Shown: positions 8,872 to 20,188, counted from the stretch's first letter. The stretch is DNA of 64,000 nt from Dehalococcoidia bacterium (GCA_963663895.2 CAXXRD010000003.1:160001-224000), one strand, 5' to 3'. Translations and numbers: made by a program. The notes: generated from the letters alone by a model not told the origin.

Positions 8872-11765
8872 TCCGCGGTGAGAGCACCAAATTCAGCGGC
8901 CCGGACGCGGCGCTGATCCGTGGGCGGAAGCGACCGCAGGAAGCGCTCGCCGTAGCGCCTGCTCGTAATGCGCCCATCCAGCACGGCGACGACGCCGCGG
9001 TCGCCACGGCGTCGGATCAAGCGGCCGAAGCCCTGGCGGAAGCGCACGATGGCCTGGGGAAGCGCGTACTCGTGGAAAGAGTCCTCGTAGAGTTCGGCCC
9101 GGGCTGCGAAGACCGGATCATGGGGAACGGCGAAGGGGAGACGGGCGATGGCGACGAGCGAGACCATGTCGCCGGGGAGGTCGACGCCTTCCCAGAGGGC
9201 CGCGCTGCCGAGCAGGAGTGCGCGGGGGTTGCGCAGCAATTCGGCGACGAGGCGCGCGGGGGAGCCATCAACACTCTGTGCGAGGGTGAGAATCCCCGCT
9301 TCGGCGAGCGGGCCGCGCACGTCCTTGGCGGTCCGGCGAAGGGTCCCGTGCGAAGTAAAAAGGGCCAGAGCGCGTCCCTCACTCGCGAGAACGAGGTCGA
9401 TCAGCGCCTCGCTGAATGCGTCCTGGAAGCCAGGCTCGTTCGGGGCAGGGAAGTCGGTGGGAAGCAAGAGCCGAACGGCGCGGCGGTAGTCGAACGGAGA
9501 GCCGAAGCAGGCCTCGTCGGCGTCGTCCAAGCCGACGAGGCCCCGGAGATAGTCAAAGCGGCCTTCGGTGCAGAGGGTCGCACCCGTGAGAACGACCGAG
9601 CGCTTGCGGCCGAAGAACTCCTCGGCAAGACGCTCGGCCACGCGCAGAGGGGCAGCAGCGAGCGAGACGGCACCGGTGCGCTCGGAAGCGGTCAGCCAGA
9701 CGATCATGGCATCGTCGGTTTGCGTGAGGAGGCGGCCGCCCACCTCCGCGCGATCGAGAAGAAGCGCGCGCAACTGCCCAACATCGGCCGCGAGCGCCTC
9801 GAATTCGGATGCGCCGAGAGCGGCTTGTGCAAGCGCCTCGTGCAGCGCCTCGAGACGCGCGTCGAGCGCACGGAGCGCCTCCCAGACGACCTCCCATTGG
9901 ATCTCGATCTCGCTCCAGGCTGGCTGGGCGCGGCGGCCGGAGGTGAGACGCAGGCGCCGCTCTTGCCCAAAAGCGTCGTCCGCTTGATCGGCGGCGAAGC
10001 GACGGAGGAGTGCGGCGAGCACGTCCAGGGCTTCGTCCACGCGCGCGGCGAGAGCGGGAAAGGAGGCTGCGACAGCAGCCGCGGCGGCAGGAGCGCCGGC
10101 CCCAGCCTCAGCCGCGCCGAGCCTGCGCACGATCAGGGATACGAGACCCACGGGGGCGCCGCGAGGGCCGGGGCGCTGGATCCGATCGAGCGGCTCTCTG
10201 AAGGACTCAGGACCAAAGCGCACACCCATGTGCTGGGTGGCGGCATCCTCCAAGTGGTGCGCTTCGTCGACCACGACGGTGTCGGCGGCGGGAAGGGCGC
10301 TGCCGCCCGCAGCGAGATCGCTGAGCAGCAAGGCGTGATTGACAACGACGACGTGCGCGGCTTCCGCGCGCTTGCGCGCCCGCTGCAGGAAGCAGGTGCC
10401 GTTGCGCACGAAAGTGCAACTGGGATCGGAGAGGCAATCCTCGCTCTCCGCGCTGAAGCGGTTCCAGATCGCATCCTCACCGGGGAGCAGACGCAGATCG
10501 GCGCGATCGCCCGTTTCGGTGCTGCGCAGCCAGACGCTGAGGCGAGCGAGGAGGCCCGCATCCGCCGTGGAATTGGCGTCGGCGAGACGTTCCGTCGCGA
10601 CGCGCCGGCGACAGAGGTAGTTGCGACGACCCTTGAGCTCGGTGACGCGCAGTTGAGCAGCAGCCTCGCCGCCGATCGCGTCGGCGATCAGGATTCGCAA
10701 GGCAGGAATGTCCTTGCGCAGCACTTGCTCTTGGAGGTTGATCGTGTTGGTGCTGACGATCACGCGTCGGCCGTCGCGCAGCGCCTGGAGCGCGGCAGGG
10801 ACGAGATAGGCGAGCGTCTTGCCCGTACCGGTGCCGGCCTCGACCACGAGATGGCGGTCCTGGGCGAGCGCGGTAGCGACGGCGCGAGTCATGCCGACCT
10901 GCTCCGGGCGCTGCTCGAAGCTGCCGAAGATCTCGGGGTGCGCAGTGCCGAAGGCGAGTGTGTCGAGCGCCAGTGTGATCTGCTCTTCCGAAGAGGGGGA
11001 GGCAGCAGCGTCTTCCCCCAGGCTGGGTGGTGGGCCCTCCCAACTCGGGGCAGGCGTCGCCCGTGCGGGTGACGCCGCTCCGTCCTCGCGGGGAACGGGG
11101 GTCGCCGGACGGCGCCTTGGCGGAGGCGACGGCCCGCCAGGGGAAGCCGCAGCGGAGAGGGAATGCAGAAGCTGCGCCAGCGGCCAGTCGGCGCCGGCGC
11201 CAAGCGCGATGAGATCGCTCAGCAGATCCGGGGGCAGCGCGCGAGCCTGCTGAACCAGCGCCAGGAAGACACGACGGCTCGTCTCGGCGTCGGCGAGGGC
11301 GCGATGGTAGGCGCTCGCTTCGACGCCGAGACGCGTTGCCACCGCTTCCAAGTTGTGTGCGCGCGCACTGGGGGCGAGAAGCGCCGAGAATTCGAAGGTG
11401 TCAAGCGCAAGACCCGGCGGCTCGACCCCGGCGCGAGCGAGGAACGCCAAGTCGAAAGCGATGTTGTGGCCGACGATGGCAGCATCGCCAAGAAAGTTCT
11501 CAATGTCGAGGCGGACCGTATTGAAGGAGGGGGCGCCACGGAGCAGCGCCGGAGCGATGCCGGTGATCCGGACCACGGCTGCCGGCAGGGGAACGCCCGG
11601 GTCGACGAGTGTCTCGTAGGTCTCGGCAACTCCCGCGAAGGTGAAGCGAACGGCCCCGATCTCAATGATGCGGTCGCGGCTCGGGTCGAGTCCGGTGGTC
11701 TCGACATCGAGTGCGACAAAGTCCACGAGCCTCGGTACCGCGGAAGCGGGAGCGCCGGCGGCCAC
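8856..11765 (-). CDS. dinG: DinG-family helicase with N-terminal DnaQ-like 3'-5' exonuclease
   Basis: LDVETTGL, GHNIAFD, HRALADA (DEDDh); EAGTGTGKT, VVNHALL, VDEAHHL, LWEGVD, QGFGRLIR; Fe-S cysteines. Confidence 0.93.
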   Translation of the reverse strand: MAAGAPASAVPRLVDFVALDVETTGLDPSRDRIIEIGAVRFTFAGVAETYETLVDPGVPLPAAVVRITGIAPALLRGAPSFNTVRLDIENFLGDAAIVGHNIAFDLAFLARAGVEPPGLALDTFEFSALLAPSARAHNLEAVATRLGVEASAYHRALADAETSRRVFLALVQQARALPPDLLSDLIALGAGADWPLAQLLHSLSAAASPGGPSPPPRRRPATPVPREDGAASPARATPAPSWEGPPPSLGEDAAASPSSEEQITLALDTLAFGTAHPEIFGSFEQRPEQVGMTRAVATALAQDRHLVVEAGTGTGKTLAYLVPAALQALRDGRRVIVSTNTINLQEQVLRKDIPALRILIADAIGGEAAAQLRVTELKGRRNYLCRRRVATERLADANSTADAGLLARLSVWLRSTETGDRADLRLLPGEDAIWNRFSAESEDCLSDPSCTFVRNGTCFLQRARKRAEAAHVVVVNHALLLSDLAAGGSALPAADTVVVDEAHHLEDAATQHMGVRFGPESFREPLDRIQRPGPRGAPVGLVSLIVRRLGAAEAGAGAPAAAAAVAASFPALAARVDEALDVLAALLRRFAADQADDAFGQERRLRLTSGRRAQPAWSEIEIQWEVVWEALRALDARLEALHEALAQAALGASEFEALAADVGQLRALLLDRAEVGGRLLTQTDDAMIVWLTASERTGAVSLAAAPLRVAERLAEEFFGRKRSVVLTGATLCTEGRFDYLRGLVGLDDADEACFGSPFDYRRAVRLLLPTDFPAPNEPGFQDAFSEALIDLVLASEGRALALFTSHGTLRRTAKDVRGPLAEAGILTLAQSVDGSPARLVAELLRNPRALLLGSAALWEGVDLPGDMVSLVAIARLPFAVPHDPVFAARAELYEDSFHEYALPQAIVRFRQGFGRLIRRRGDRGVVAVLDGRITSRRYGERFLRSLPPTDQRRVRAAEFGALTAEWLRR

Positions 11766-11830
11766 ACCTTCCCCTGCCTAGACGCGAACGAATGGCGCGC
11801 GCGATCAGCGTAGCGCGCGCAGGCGCACAG

Positions 11831-12241
11831 TCACGCCTCTGCGAGATGGGGTAGCAGCCAGCCGACGATCGCGGCGAAGAAGATCGCGGAGACGAGGGCG
11901 CGGCGTGTCCAAGCAGGCTGCACAACCCAGGCCGCGACGGCGCCACCCGCCGCGAGCACGAGGACGGCGATGGTGAAAGCGAGACTGGGGCTGCCAAGGC
12001 CACCGCCAGTATCGCGCAGCGCCCAATAAACGGCGCCGAAGAGCAGACCCAGGATCCCCCAGCCCGTCTGCGCAACGAGCGCAACGCCAGCAAAGGCGGC
12101 GGGCAATGCGGCGTTATCCGGGAATTGAGCCTGCAACCGTCGGCTCCAGTCGATGAGCGTCCGCGGGCTCGCGGCAAGGAGAACGAGCGCCAGCAACCCG
12201 AGCGCGTAGCCTGCCACGAAGCCGGCTAACAACGACTCCAT
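11831..12241 (-). CDS. Hypothetical membrane protein (about 4 TM)
   Basis: Hydrophobic ORF filling the gap between ispE and dinG on the same strand. Confidence 0.75.
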   Translation of the reverse strand: MESLLAGFVAGYALGLLALVLLAASPRTLIDWSRRLQAQFPDNAALPAAFAGVALVAQTGWGILGLLFGAVYWALRDTGGGLGSPSLAFTIAVLVLAAGGAVAAWVVQPAWTRRALVSAIFFAAIVGWLLPHLAEA

Positions 12242-12268
12242 TAGACAGCGCGCAACGCCAGCCGGCGC

Positions 12269-13183
12269 TTAGGCATTGGCGGACACCGGCCTCACGGGTT
12301 CGACAGTGCAGGCCGCGCGCGGCAGCGGCCGCACGACGGTCGTGAAGGGAATGCCTCCGTGATCGGGAGGGTTGAGCAGGAAGAGCGACGGCCCAGCACC
12401 GGCCAGGTGGGGAAGTGATCGAGTCTCGGCAGCGAAGCGGCGGCGCGCGGCGCGCAGGCCGATGAAAACCTCATCGGCTACCCGTTCAAAGGTGTTGACG
12501 AGATCCTCAGAGCGCGGCGGGAGTCCTTGCTGAAGACGGGCAGCCAGTGCACGCGATCGATCGCCGCCGCCGAAATGCGACGGCCGCAGCGCGCGGAACA
12601 TGGCCGCAGTCTTGCCCTCGGGAGAGGGCAACTCAGGGGTCCAGAGAAGGCCGCGCCAGGCAGCAACCGGTTGATCCGGGAGTGGAGTGAGGCGCTCACC
12701 GCGTCCTTCCATCAGCACGGTGCCAGCCGCGTGAAAAAGCGGTGCATCGGAGCCGACCTGGGCAAGCAACTCGACGGCGGCGGCGTCGCTCAGGGGCAAC
12801 TTCCAAAAGGCGCGGGCGAGCCGGAGGAAGGCGGCGGCATCGGAGGAACCTCCACCAAGCCCAGCAGCGATCGGAACGCGCTTGACGACGTGCACGGCAG
12901 CACGGTCATCGATCGCGGCGGGGCCGTAGTGCTCGATCAACAGATCCCAGGTCCGGGTAATGAGCTCGCCCTCGACGGGCAGCGACAGGGACTGTTGCAG
13001 AGCGGCCGACATCTCGAACCGCAGGCTGCGTTCAGAGGCAGGCGCGATCGTGACCGTATCGCAAAGATCGATCGTCTGCACGACGGAGATGAGGTCGTGA
13101 AACCCGTCGTCACAGCGGCCGAGGACCTCAAGGGTGAGATTGAGCTTGGCCGGCGCAACGGTACGAAGCGCGGCGGCGGTCAC
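12269..13183 (-). CDS. ispE: 4-diphosphocytidyl-2-C-methyl-D-erythritol kinase
   Basis: APAKLNLTLEV, KRVPIAAGLGGGSSDAAA, GSDAP; GTG start overlaps the rsmA TGA. Confidence 0.93.
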   Translation of the reverse strand: MTAAALRTVAPAKLNLTLEVLGRCDDGFHDLISVVQTIDLCDTVTIAPASERSLRFEMSAALQQSLSLPVEGELITRTWDLLIEHYGPAAIDDRAAVHVVKRVPIAAGLGGGSSDAAAFLRLARAFWKLPLSDAAAVELLAQVGSDAPLFHAAGTVLMEGRGERLTPLPDQPVAAWRGLLWTPELPSPEGKTAAMFRALRPSHFGGGDRSRALAARLQQGLPPRSEDLVNTFERVADEVFIGLRAARRRFAAETRSLPHLAGAGPSLFLLNPPDHGGIPFTTVVRPLPRAACTVEPVRPVSANA

Positions 13184-14064
13184 GACCGATCCAGGTCGGG
13201 ATCGAGAGGCGGCGGAGGCGGCGCCCCGGCGCGCTCGCGCGCCCAGGCGAGCGCGGCCCACTCGTCGAGCGTGAGCGTGCCCGCACGGCGACGAGGATCG
13301 ATGCCGCTCGCACGCAGCCACGCTTCGGATGCAGCGCTGGGGATGGAGAAGCCAAGAGCAAGCGCGTTGCGGAGCTGTTTGCGCGGGGCGCGGAAAGCGG
13401 CCCGTGCGACCTCGAAGAAGCGAGCCTCGGAAGGGAGCGTCACCGGCACGGCGTCGCGGAGAGGGATGACGAGCACGGCCGACCGCACTTGGGGCGGCGG
13501 CTCGAACGCGGCACGGTCCACGGAGAAGAGGAGGCGCGGATCGGCATAGAGTTGAACGGCCAGGCTGAGCAGGGAGCGCTTGCCGGGCGGCGCCACGACT
13601 TGCAGCGCCACCTCATGCTGGACCATGACCAACATCCAGCGCGGACGGTGTTCGGACTGCGCAAGGAAGCGGCGGAAAATAGGCGCGGTGATGGCGTAGG
13701 GCAAATTGCCGACGAGTCCGTAGGGCGGAGCAGCGCCCAATCTCCCGAGAAGGCGTGGAGGTGCCAAATCGAGGATATCTCCCTGTACGAGGCGGGCGTT
13801 GGGGTAGGCAGCCAGCGCACGGGCGGTGGAGCGCGCCAGCCGGAGGTCGAGTTCGACCGCGGCCAGGGGGCGGCCCAACTGGGCCAGCGGCACAGTGAGC
13901 GTGCCATCGCCGGCGCCGATCTCGATCAACGGCAAGCCATCGTCCGGGAGGGCGGCGAGGATGCGGTCGATGACGGCTACGTCACGCAGAAAGTGCTGAC
14001 CAAGAGGGGGCTTGCGAGACCTCTGCGCCGTGCGCTTGCGCTGCGCGGCGCGCCTGCGCCGCAC
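13180..14064 (-). CDS. rsmA: 16S rRNA m6,2A dimethyltransferase
   Basis: LGQHFL, IEIGAGDGTLT, GNLPYAIT, MVQHEVA, FEPPPQVRSA; start put at GTG 14064 because the longer ORF overlaps the SRP RNA. Confidence 0.95.
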   Translation of the reverse strand: MRRRRAAQRKRTAQRSRKPPLGQHFLRDVAVIDRILAALPDDGLPLIEIGAGDGTLTVPLAQLGRPLAAVELDLRLARSTARALAAYPNARLVQGDILDLAPPRLLGRLGAAPPYGLVGNLPYAITAPIFRRFLAQSEHRPRWMLVMVQHEVALQVVAPPGKRSLLSLAVQLYADPRLLFSVDRAAFEPPPQVRSAVLVIPLRDAVPVTLPSEARFFEVARAAFRAPRKQLRNALALGFSIPSAASEAWLRASGIDPRRRAGTLTLDEWAALAWARERAGAPPPPPLDPDLDRS

Positions 14065-14145
14065 CTTATTCCGCTGTCCCCGCTTGAACGGCGCAGTCGC
14101 TGGCACAGCGGCTCCTCCATCGACCCGGCCCGGTTCGTGAAAAAT

Positions 14146-14412
14146 GGCCGTGCACCCGCCGTCGAACGCCGCCACGGGCTTGTCGCGACCAGCCAACTCG
14201 GCCCAGGCGCTCCCGTGGCACCCGAAAGCTGCTACTTACCGCTGCTTCCTCTCGGACCTGACGGGGTTCGTAGCGTCTCGCCGCACGGGACCCAAGCTTC
14301 AGCGCCGCTTAGCCGCGCTAGTTCCCACAGTGGACGCCCTCAGGCGGGAATTCGACCTCGCTAAAGCGGATTGCGAGTCCAGGGCACCGCTAGCTCCCCG
14401 CCTAGCACGACC
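14146..14412 (-). ncRNA. ffs: Signal recognition particle RNA, large (Alu-domain, Bacillus scRNA-like) type
   Basis: Reverse complement reads GGTCGTGCTAGGCGGGGAGCTAGCGGTGCCCTG...GCAATCCGCT...GAACCCCGTCAGGTCCGAGAGGAAGCAGCGGTAAG...GGTGCACGGCC; helix-8 motif present and the ends pair. Confidence 0.95.
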
Positions 14413-14663
14413 GTGATCAGCGTATCGGAAAAGGGACTGGATGATGCGAACGTCATAAAAGGTAGCCTACCCAAAGCATCTATATCAGCCGACACCTGGT
14501 AACTGCTTAGGCCACGAGCAAGCTGGCACCGGGGTGAAAGGGCGGAGGTCCTATAGACTTGTAAGCTCAGGAGACGGACGATAGATAGTCGCGAGATGGT
14601 CGCTTTCGGCCTGCGGCCTCGGGCGGACCACAGCGAGCGGATGGGAATGGGAACTTAACGGCA

Positions 14664-16169
14664 ATGCGAATCGTATCGCTCGGATTCTCCCTGCCCGATC
14701 CTCGAGTGGATAATCACTCAATCGCGAACGCGCCGGCGCTATTCGAATACGACGCCTGCGTGATCGATCCGGCCGCGGTCTCGCGGCAGATCGAGGAGCT
14801 GGCGGCGGGAGCCGGCGCGACCAGCGGCGGAACCTATCAGACGCCGAGCGGCACACCGGTGCTGCCCGGCGCCAGCGGCGCCTTCCACTTTGGCCTCGGC
14901 GAGCTGTTGGAGCAGCGCCGCCGGGAGTTGCTGCTGCTGCTGGAGGGGGGCGGGGTAGTAGCGGTATTCGGTTACCCCACGGTGCCGCATGCGGTGGTAT
15001 CGACCCTTCCCGGAGCCGATCGCTACACGATCCTGCCGGCCCCGTCCGGGGTCGTTTACCGTCCGCCGCAACTGCTGGCCGGCGCGGGTGGCGGAACGTT
15101 CGCACCACTCGATCGCGCGCACGCCTTCGCAGCCTACCTCGACGATCTCGCCGGGCGGCTGCGGTTCCAAGCCTGGTGGGACGTAAACGCGATCGGCGAC
15201 TTCAACAACGTGGGCACGGTGCTGGCGCGCAGCCAGGGCGGTGCAGCCGTGGCCGTGGAGTTTCGCGTGCTGGCGGGCCGGGTCGTTTTCCTCCCACCGC
15301 CCCACATTGAGCCGCGCGGCGCGGCGCGGCGAAATGTGACCGAGGCGCTGCTGGAAAGTCTGCTGCGCAGCCTCGAGAGCCCGGAAACGGAAAAGGCGCC
15401 GTCGTGGCTCAAGGAATACGACCTGCCGGACCTGCGGGAGCTGCGGGAGACGGTTGAACAGGCAGAGCAGTCCTTCGCGGAGGCGGAGAGCCGCTTGCAA
15501 GAGGTGCGAGCGACGCTGGCCGACGCTGCGCGCTACCAAGGATTGCTGTGGCGCGAAGGGCGATACGCCTTCGAGCCACTGGTGCGGGATGCGTTCCGGG
15601 CCCTGGGCTTCACGGTAACGCCCGAACTCACGGATCCAGCCGAGCTGGCCGACGGCGACGAGATCGCTCTGCTAGAGGTGGACGCATCGTCGCACACGGT
15701 CAAAGAGTCGAGCTACTTCCAACTCCAGCGCCGGATCGAAAAGGCGTTCATCAGCACTGGGGTGCTGCGCAAAGGCGTCATCGTCGTCAACGGAAAGCGG
15801 CTCCTGCATCCCAAGGATCGCGACGAGGCGCTGTCCCAGACCTTGATCAACGCCTGTGACAACTTCGGCTACGCGCTCCTCACGGGCGAGGCGCTGTTCC
15901 AACTGGTCAGACACGCGCTGGAGGGAGCCGATGCGGAGACCCTGGTGGCGATCCGCCGCACCATCCTGGATGCAGAGGGGCTCGTCGTGATCGAAGAGGA
16001 AGCGGAGGAAGAAGAGGAGCCGGAGAGCGCGGTCGAGACGGAGACCGCGGAGCCAACGCTGCCACTCCCGCAAGCGGTCAGCGCCGGCCGGTCCAACGAG
16101 GGCAACGGCTCCGACGGCGCGGCCGAGACGCCCCTGCCGGTCGCGGCGGAAGAGGGAGCGTCGAGCTAG
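14664..16169 (+). CDS. Hypothetical protein with coiled coil, C-terminal restriction-endonuclease-like fold and acidic tail
   Basis: 501 aa ORF with coding-like codon use; [14 protein letters not shown]...IALLEVDAS...KGVIVVNG. Confidence 0.8.
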   Translation: MRIVSLGFSLPDPRVDNHSIANAPALFEYDACVIDPAAVSRQIEELAAGAGATSGGTYQTPSGTPVLPGASGAFHFGLGELLEQRRRELLLLLEGGGVVAVFGYPTVPHAVVSTLPGADRYTILPAPSGVVYRPPQLLAGAGGGTFAPLDRAHAFAAYLDDLAGRLRFQAWWDVNAIGDFNNVGTVLARSQGGAAVAVEFRVLAGRVVFLPPPHIEPRGAARRNVTEALLESLLRSLESPETEKAPSWLKEYDLPDLRELRETVEQAEQSFAEAESRLQEVRATLADAARYQGLLWREGRYAFEPLVRDAFRALGFTVTPELTDPAELADGDEIALLEVDASSHTVKESSYFQLQRRIEKAFISTGVLRKGVIVVNGKRLLHPKDRDEALSQTLINACDNFGYALLTGEALFQLVRHALEGADAETLVAIRRTILDAEGLVVIEEEAEEEEEPESAVETETAEPTLPLPQAVSAGRSNEGNGSDGAAETPLPVAAEEGASS

Positions 16170-18016
16170 GTCCGCGCGTTGCGGGGCTTCGAGTCACCCA
16201 AGCGCAAGACGGACAGGAAGGCCTCCTGCGGGATCTCCACGTTGCCGACGCGCTTCATGCGCCGCTTGCCCTCGGCCTGCTTCGCCAACAGCTTGCGCTT
16301 GCGGGTGACGTCGCCGCCGTAGCACTTCGAGAGCACGTTCTTGCGAGCCGCCTTGACCGTCTCACGGGCGATAACGCGGCCGCCGATGGCGGCCTGCAGC
16401 GGCACATCGAACAGCTGCCGGGGGATGAGGGAGCGTAAGCGCTGGACCAAGGCCCGGCCGCTCGCATCAGCGCGCGCGCGGTGGACGATGCTGGAAAGCG
16501 CATCGACCGGCTCGCCGTTGACCAAGATCTCCAGCTTAACGAGCTTGGCGGCGCGGTAGTCGATCAGGGCGTAGTCGAGGCTGGCGTAGCCCTGCGTCCC
16601 CGACTTCAACTCATCGTAAAAGTCGACCAGGATCTCGGCCAGGGGCGCCTCGAACTCCAGAAGCACGCGCTGGCGGCCAGCATCCACGGCGGAGACGTCG
16701 CGATCGATATATTCCATCCTGTCGAAGCGGCCCCGGCGACCGATCACCAACTCCATCACCGCGCCGACGTAGCTGTTGGGCGTGATCACGCTGAGACGCA
16801 GCCAGGGCTCGCGCACCTCACGGATGCGGCTGGGGTCCGGCAGGTCGGCCGGATTATCGATCCGGTGGACGCCGCCGTCGCTGGCGAGGACTTCGTACTC
16901 AACGGAGGGGGCAGTGAAAACGAGCTCGATATCGTACTCGCGCTCGAGCCGCTCCTGCACGATCTCCATATGGAGGAGGCCGAGAAAACCCATGCGGAAG
17001 CCGAAGCCCAAGGCAACCGAGCTCTCCGGTTCATAGTGGAGGGCGGCATCGTTGAGACGAAGCTTCTCCAAGGCCGTCTTGAGCGCCGGATACTCGCTGG
17101 ATTGGGCAGGGTACAGGCCGGCGAAGACCATCGGCTTGGCCTCGGTGTAGCCGGGCAGGGGCCGGGCAGCAGGGCGCGCCACGCTGGTCAGGGTGTCCCC
17201 TACGCGCACCTCGGCGACATCCTTCAGGCCCGTGGCGACGTAGCCCACCTCGCCGGCGTTGAGGCGCGGGCCCGCCGCCAACTCGGGCGTGAACGTGCCG
17301 ATCTCGAGCGGCTCCAGTTTGCGCTGCCGCTGCATCAGACGCAGCGGCGCGCTGCCGGCGATCCCGCCATCCACCACGCGCACGTAGGCGAGCACGCCCT
17401 TGTAGACGTCGTATTCGGAGTCGAAGAGGAGAGCGCGGAGCGGGGCGGCGGGGTCGCCGGCGGGAGCCGGCAGGCGCCGGACGATCGCCTCGAGCAGCTC
17501 GGGCACGCCCGCTCCCGTCTTAGCGGAGAGAAAGAGGATCTCGTCCTCGCCGAAGCCGATCACGTCGACCAGCTCGCGCATCACCTGCTGGGGCTGGGCG
17601 ACGGGCAGGTCGATCTTGTTGACGACGGGGATGATCGTGAGATCTTGCTCCAAGGCCATGTAGGCGTTGGCAAGCGTCTGCGCCTGAATCCCCTCGCCGG
17701 CATCGACAACGAGCAGAGCGCCTTCCACCGCGGCCAGCGAGCGCGAGACCTCGTAGGTGAAATCCACGTGGCCCGGGGTATCGACCAGATTCAGCTGGTA
17801 GGCGTGGCCGTCGCGCGCGCTGTAGGCCATGCGCACGGCGCGGGCCTTGATCGTGATGCCCTTCTCGCGCTCGAGCTCCATGGAGTCGAGCAGTTGCGCC
17901 GCCATCGCCCGCTCGGCGACGGTCTCGGTGAGCTCGAGCAAGCGATCGGCCAGCGTCGACTTGCCATGATCGACATGGGCGATGATGCTGAAATTGCGGA
18001 TGCGATCGCGCTGCAT
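16166..18016 (-). CDS. lepA: Elongation factor 4
   Basis: [52 protein letters not shown]. Confidence 0.98.
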   Translation of the reverse strand: MQRDRIRNFSIIAHVDHGKSTLADRLLELTETVAERAMAAQLLDSMELEREKGITIKARAVRMAYSARDGHAYQLNLVDTPGHVDFTYEVSRSLAAVEGALLVVDAGEGIQAQTLANAYMALEQDLTIIPVVNKIDLPVAQPQQVMRELVDVIGFGEDEILFLSAKTGAGVPELLEAIVRRLPAPAGDPAAPLRALLFDSEYDVYKGVLAYVRVVDGGIAGSAPLRLMQRQRKLEPLEIGTFTPELAAGPRLNAGEVGYVATGLKDVAEVRVGDTLTSVARPAARPLPGYTEAKPMVFAGLYPAQSSEYPALKTALEKLRLNDAALHYEPESSVALGFGFRMGFLGLLHMEIVQERLEREYDIELVFTAPSVEYEVLASDGGVHRIDNPADLPDPSRIREVREPWLRLSVITPNSYVGAVMELVIGRRGRFDRMEYIDRDVSAVDAGRQRVLLEFEAPLAEILVDFYDELKSGTQGYASLDYALIDYRAAKLVKLEILVNGEPVDALSSIVHRARADASGRALVQRLRSLIPRQLFDVPLQAAIGGRVIARETVKAARKNVLSKCYGGDVTRKRKLLAKQAEGKRRMKRVGNVEIPQEAFLSVLRLGDSKPRNART

Positions 18017-18550
18017 GACGCCTCAAGCCGGGCCGCCACGAGACAAAGGGCGGCCGGGAAACCGTGGTCAGTCCTGCCTCGGAGTTGCTTGCTGCGCCCT
18101 GCCCCGCAGCCTTCCCCTTGGCATTCTAGAAAATAGCCGCCCGGCGCGGCGCGGGAGTGAGAAAAGGAGATGCAAGAAGGCATTTCCCCTCCGACGGCTG
18201 GCTCCTCGCTGATTATCCCGGCCGTCGTGGTATCCATCCTGGTGTCAAAGATTACGTCAAGTCATGGGAGGGAGCGCGCCAAATTGAGGCGGTAAGTCCA
18301 AGCCGGTCGCGCACGCTCCCTCCGCCGCATCCGGATCGCATCCGGATCGCTGACAGGCGAAAGATCTCGTTCGCAGCCCTCGCTATCGGTTTGCACCGGC
18401 AGTCCTTGTTGAAACGGCCGGTCGCCTCCGTCATCCTGCGGGCCGCGCGCCATTTTTCCCGAACGGCAAGCCCGTTCGTACTCGTCCGCAGTCTTCCTGA
18501 AGGTAGCTTGCGCTAGGAATTCGGTCGCAATCCCTTTGCCCTTACCACTC

Positions 18551-20188
18551 ATGTTCAAACTGCGCGACTCCTATCAATTGCCAGATCTCTTCGGAGACCT
18601 CTTCGGCGGAGTGACGGCGGCCGTGGTGGCGTTGCCGGTGGCGCTGGCCTTTGGCGTCGCGTCGGGCCTCGGTCCCATCGCAGGCATCTACGGGGCGATC
18701 GCCGTCGGCTTCTTCGCGGCGGTCTTCGGCGGGACGCCCTCGCAGATCTCCGGCCCCACCGGGCCGATGACCATCGCCATGGCGGTGGTCGTCACCCAGC
18801 ACGCCGACAGCCTTCCCGAAGCCTTCACCATCGTCATGCTGGGCGGGCTGCTGCAGATCGCCTTGGGCGCGCTGCGCGTGGGCAGCTTCATCGCCTACAC
18901 GCCCTACTCCGTGATCTCCGGATTCATGTCGGGCATCGGCGTCATCATCATCGTGATCCAAACGCTGCCACTGCTCGGCGCCCTCACCGTCCCGGGCGGG
19001 CCGCTCAACTCCATCCGCGCCTGGCCCGAGGCGGTGGCCGATCTGAATCCGGACGCCCTCGCCCTCGGCGCCGTCGCGCTGGCCGTCGGCATCTTCTGGC
19101 CCCGCAAGCTCCGCAAATTCTTGCCCGGACCCCTGGCCGCGCTGATCGTCGGCACCCTGCTCGCGCTCGCCTGGCTCGGCGACGCCCCGGTCATCGGCGC
19201 GGTGCCGACGGGCCTGCCCGACCTGCAGCTGCCGGAGCTCTCGACCGGCCTCCTGGCGAACGCCCTGCAACCGGCTTTCATTCTCGCTCTTCTCGGCTCC
19301 ATCGACAGCCTGCTGACCTCGCTGGTGGCCGACTCCCTCACGCACACACGGCACAGGCCCAACCGCGAACTGATGGGGCAGGGGCTGGGCAACCTCATCG
19401 CGGGCCTGATCGGCGCCCTCCCCGGCGCCGGGGCCACCATGGGCACCGTGGTCAACATCCGCGCCGGAGGCCGCACCCCGGTCTCCGGCGTCCTGCGCTC
19501 GGGCCTCCTGCTGGCCCTGGTGCTGGGCATCGGAGAGGTGGCCGAGCCGATCCCGCACGCCGTCCTCGCCGGCATCCTCCTGAAAGTCGGCTGGGACATC
19601 ATTGACTGGCGTTTCCTCACCCGCATTCGCCACATCCGGCGCGACTACATCCTGGTGATGATCACCACCCTCGCCCTCACCGTGTTCGTCGATCTCGTCA
19701 CGGCCGTCGCCCTGGGGCTCGTCGCCGCGGGCATCGCGCACTCCAAGGAGTACGAACGGCTCGAGCTCGAGAGCGTGGTCTCCGTCCCCCTGCTAGACCA
19801 GACGTTCCTCCCCGGCCGGGAGGACGCGGCTGAGGCTGAAGCCGACCCTTACCTCGCTCGCGTGGGGCTGGTCGCCTTGCGGGGCCGCTTCTCCGTCGCC
19901 TCCGCCCATGAGCTGGCCCGGGTGGTCGGGGCGGACATCCGGGAGCACGAGGTCGTGATCATCGACTTCTCCAAGGCCACCAATATGGACGACAGCGCCG
20001 CCCTGGTGATCGAGCAGCTCGTCGAAACCGCCGCCGAAGAGGACACGGAATGCATCGTCATGAATCTCTCCGGCCCCGCCGCCAAAGCCCTCCACTCCCT
20101 CAAGGCGCTCAAGCGGGTTCCGGAGGAGCACTTCGTGGACACCCTGGACGAGGCGCGGCTGCTCGCGAAGCGCCTGCTGCGTGACTGA
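18551..20188 (+). CDS. SulP/SLC26 anion (BicA-like) transporter with STAS domain
   Basis: GDLFGGVTAAVVALPVALAFG, GGTPSQISGPTGPM, NRELMGQG, C-terminal IIDFS...MDDSA. Confidence 0.93.
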   Translation: MFKLRDSYQLPDLFGDLFGGVTAAVVALPVALAFGVASGLGPIAGIYGAIAVGFFAAVFGGTPSQISGPTGPMTIAMAVVVTQHADSLPEAFTIVMLGGLLQIALGALRVGSFIAYTPYSVISGFMSGIGVIIIVIQTLPLLGALTVPGGPLNSIRAWPEAVADLNPDALALGAVALAVGIFWPRKLRKFLPGPLAALIVGTLLALAWLGDAPVIGAVPTGLPDLQLPELSTGLLANALQPAFILALLGSIDSLLTSLVADSLTHTRHRPNRELMGQGLGNLIAGLIGALPGAGATMGTVVNIRAGGRTPVSGVLRSGLLLALVLGIGEVAEPIPHAVLAGILLKVGWDIIDWRFLTRIRHIRRDYILVMITTLALTVFVDLVTAVALGLVAAGIAHSKEYERLELESVVSVPLLDQTFLPGREDAAEAEADPYLARVGLVALRGRFSVASAHELARVVGADIREHEVVIIDFSKATNMDDSAALVIEQLVETAAEEDTECIVMNLSGPAAKALHSLKALKRVPEEHFVDTLDEARLLAKRLLRD

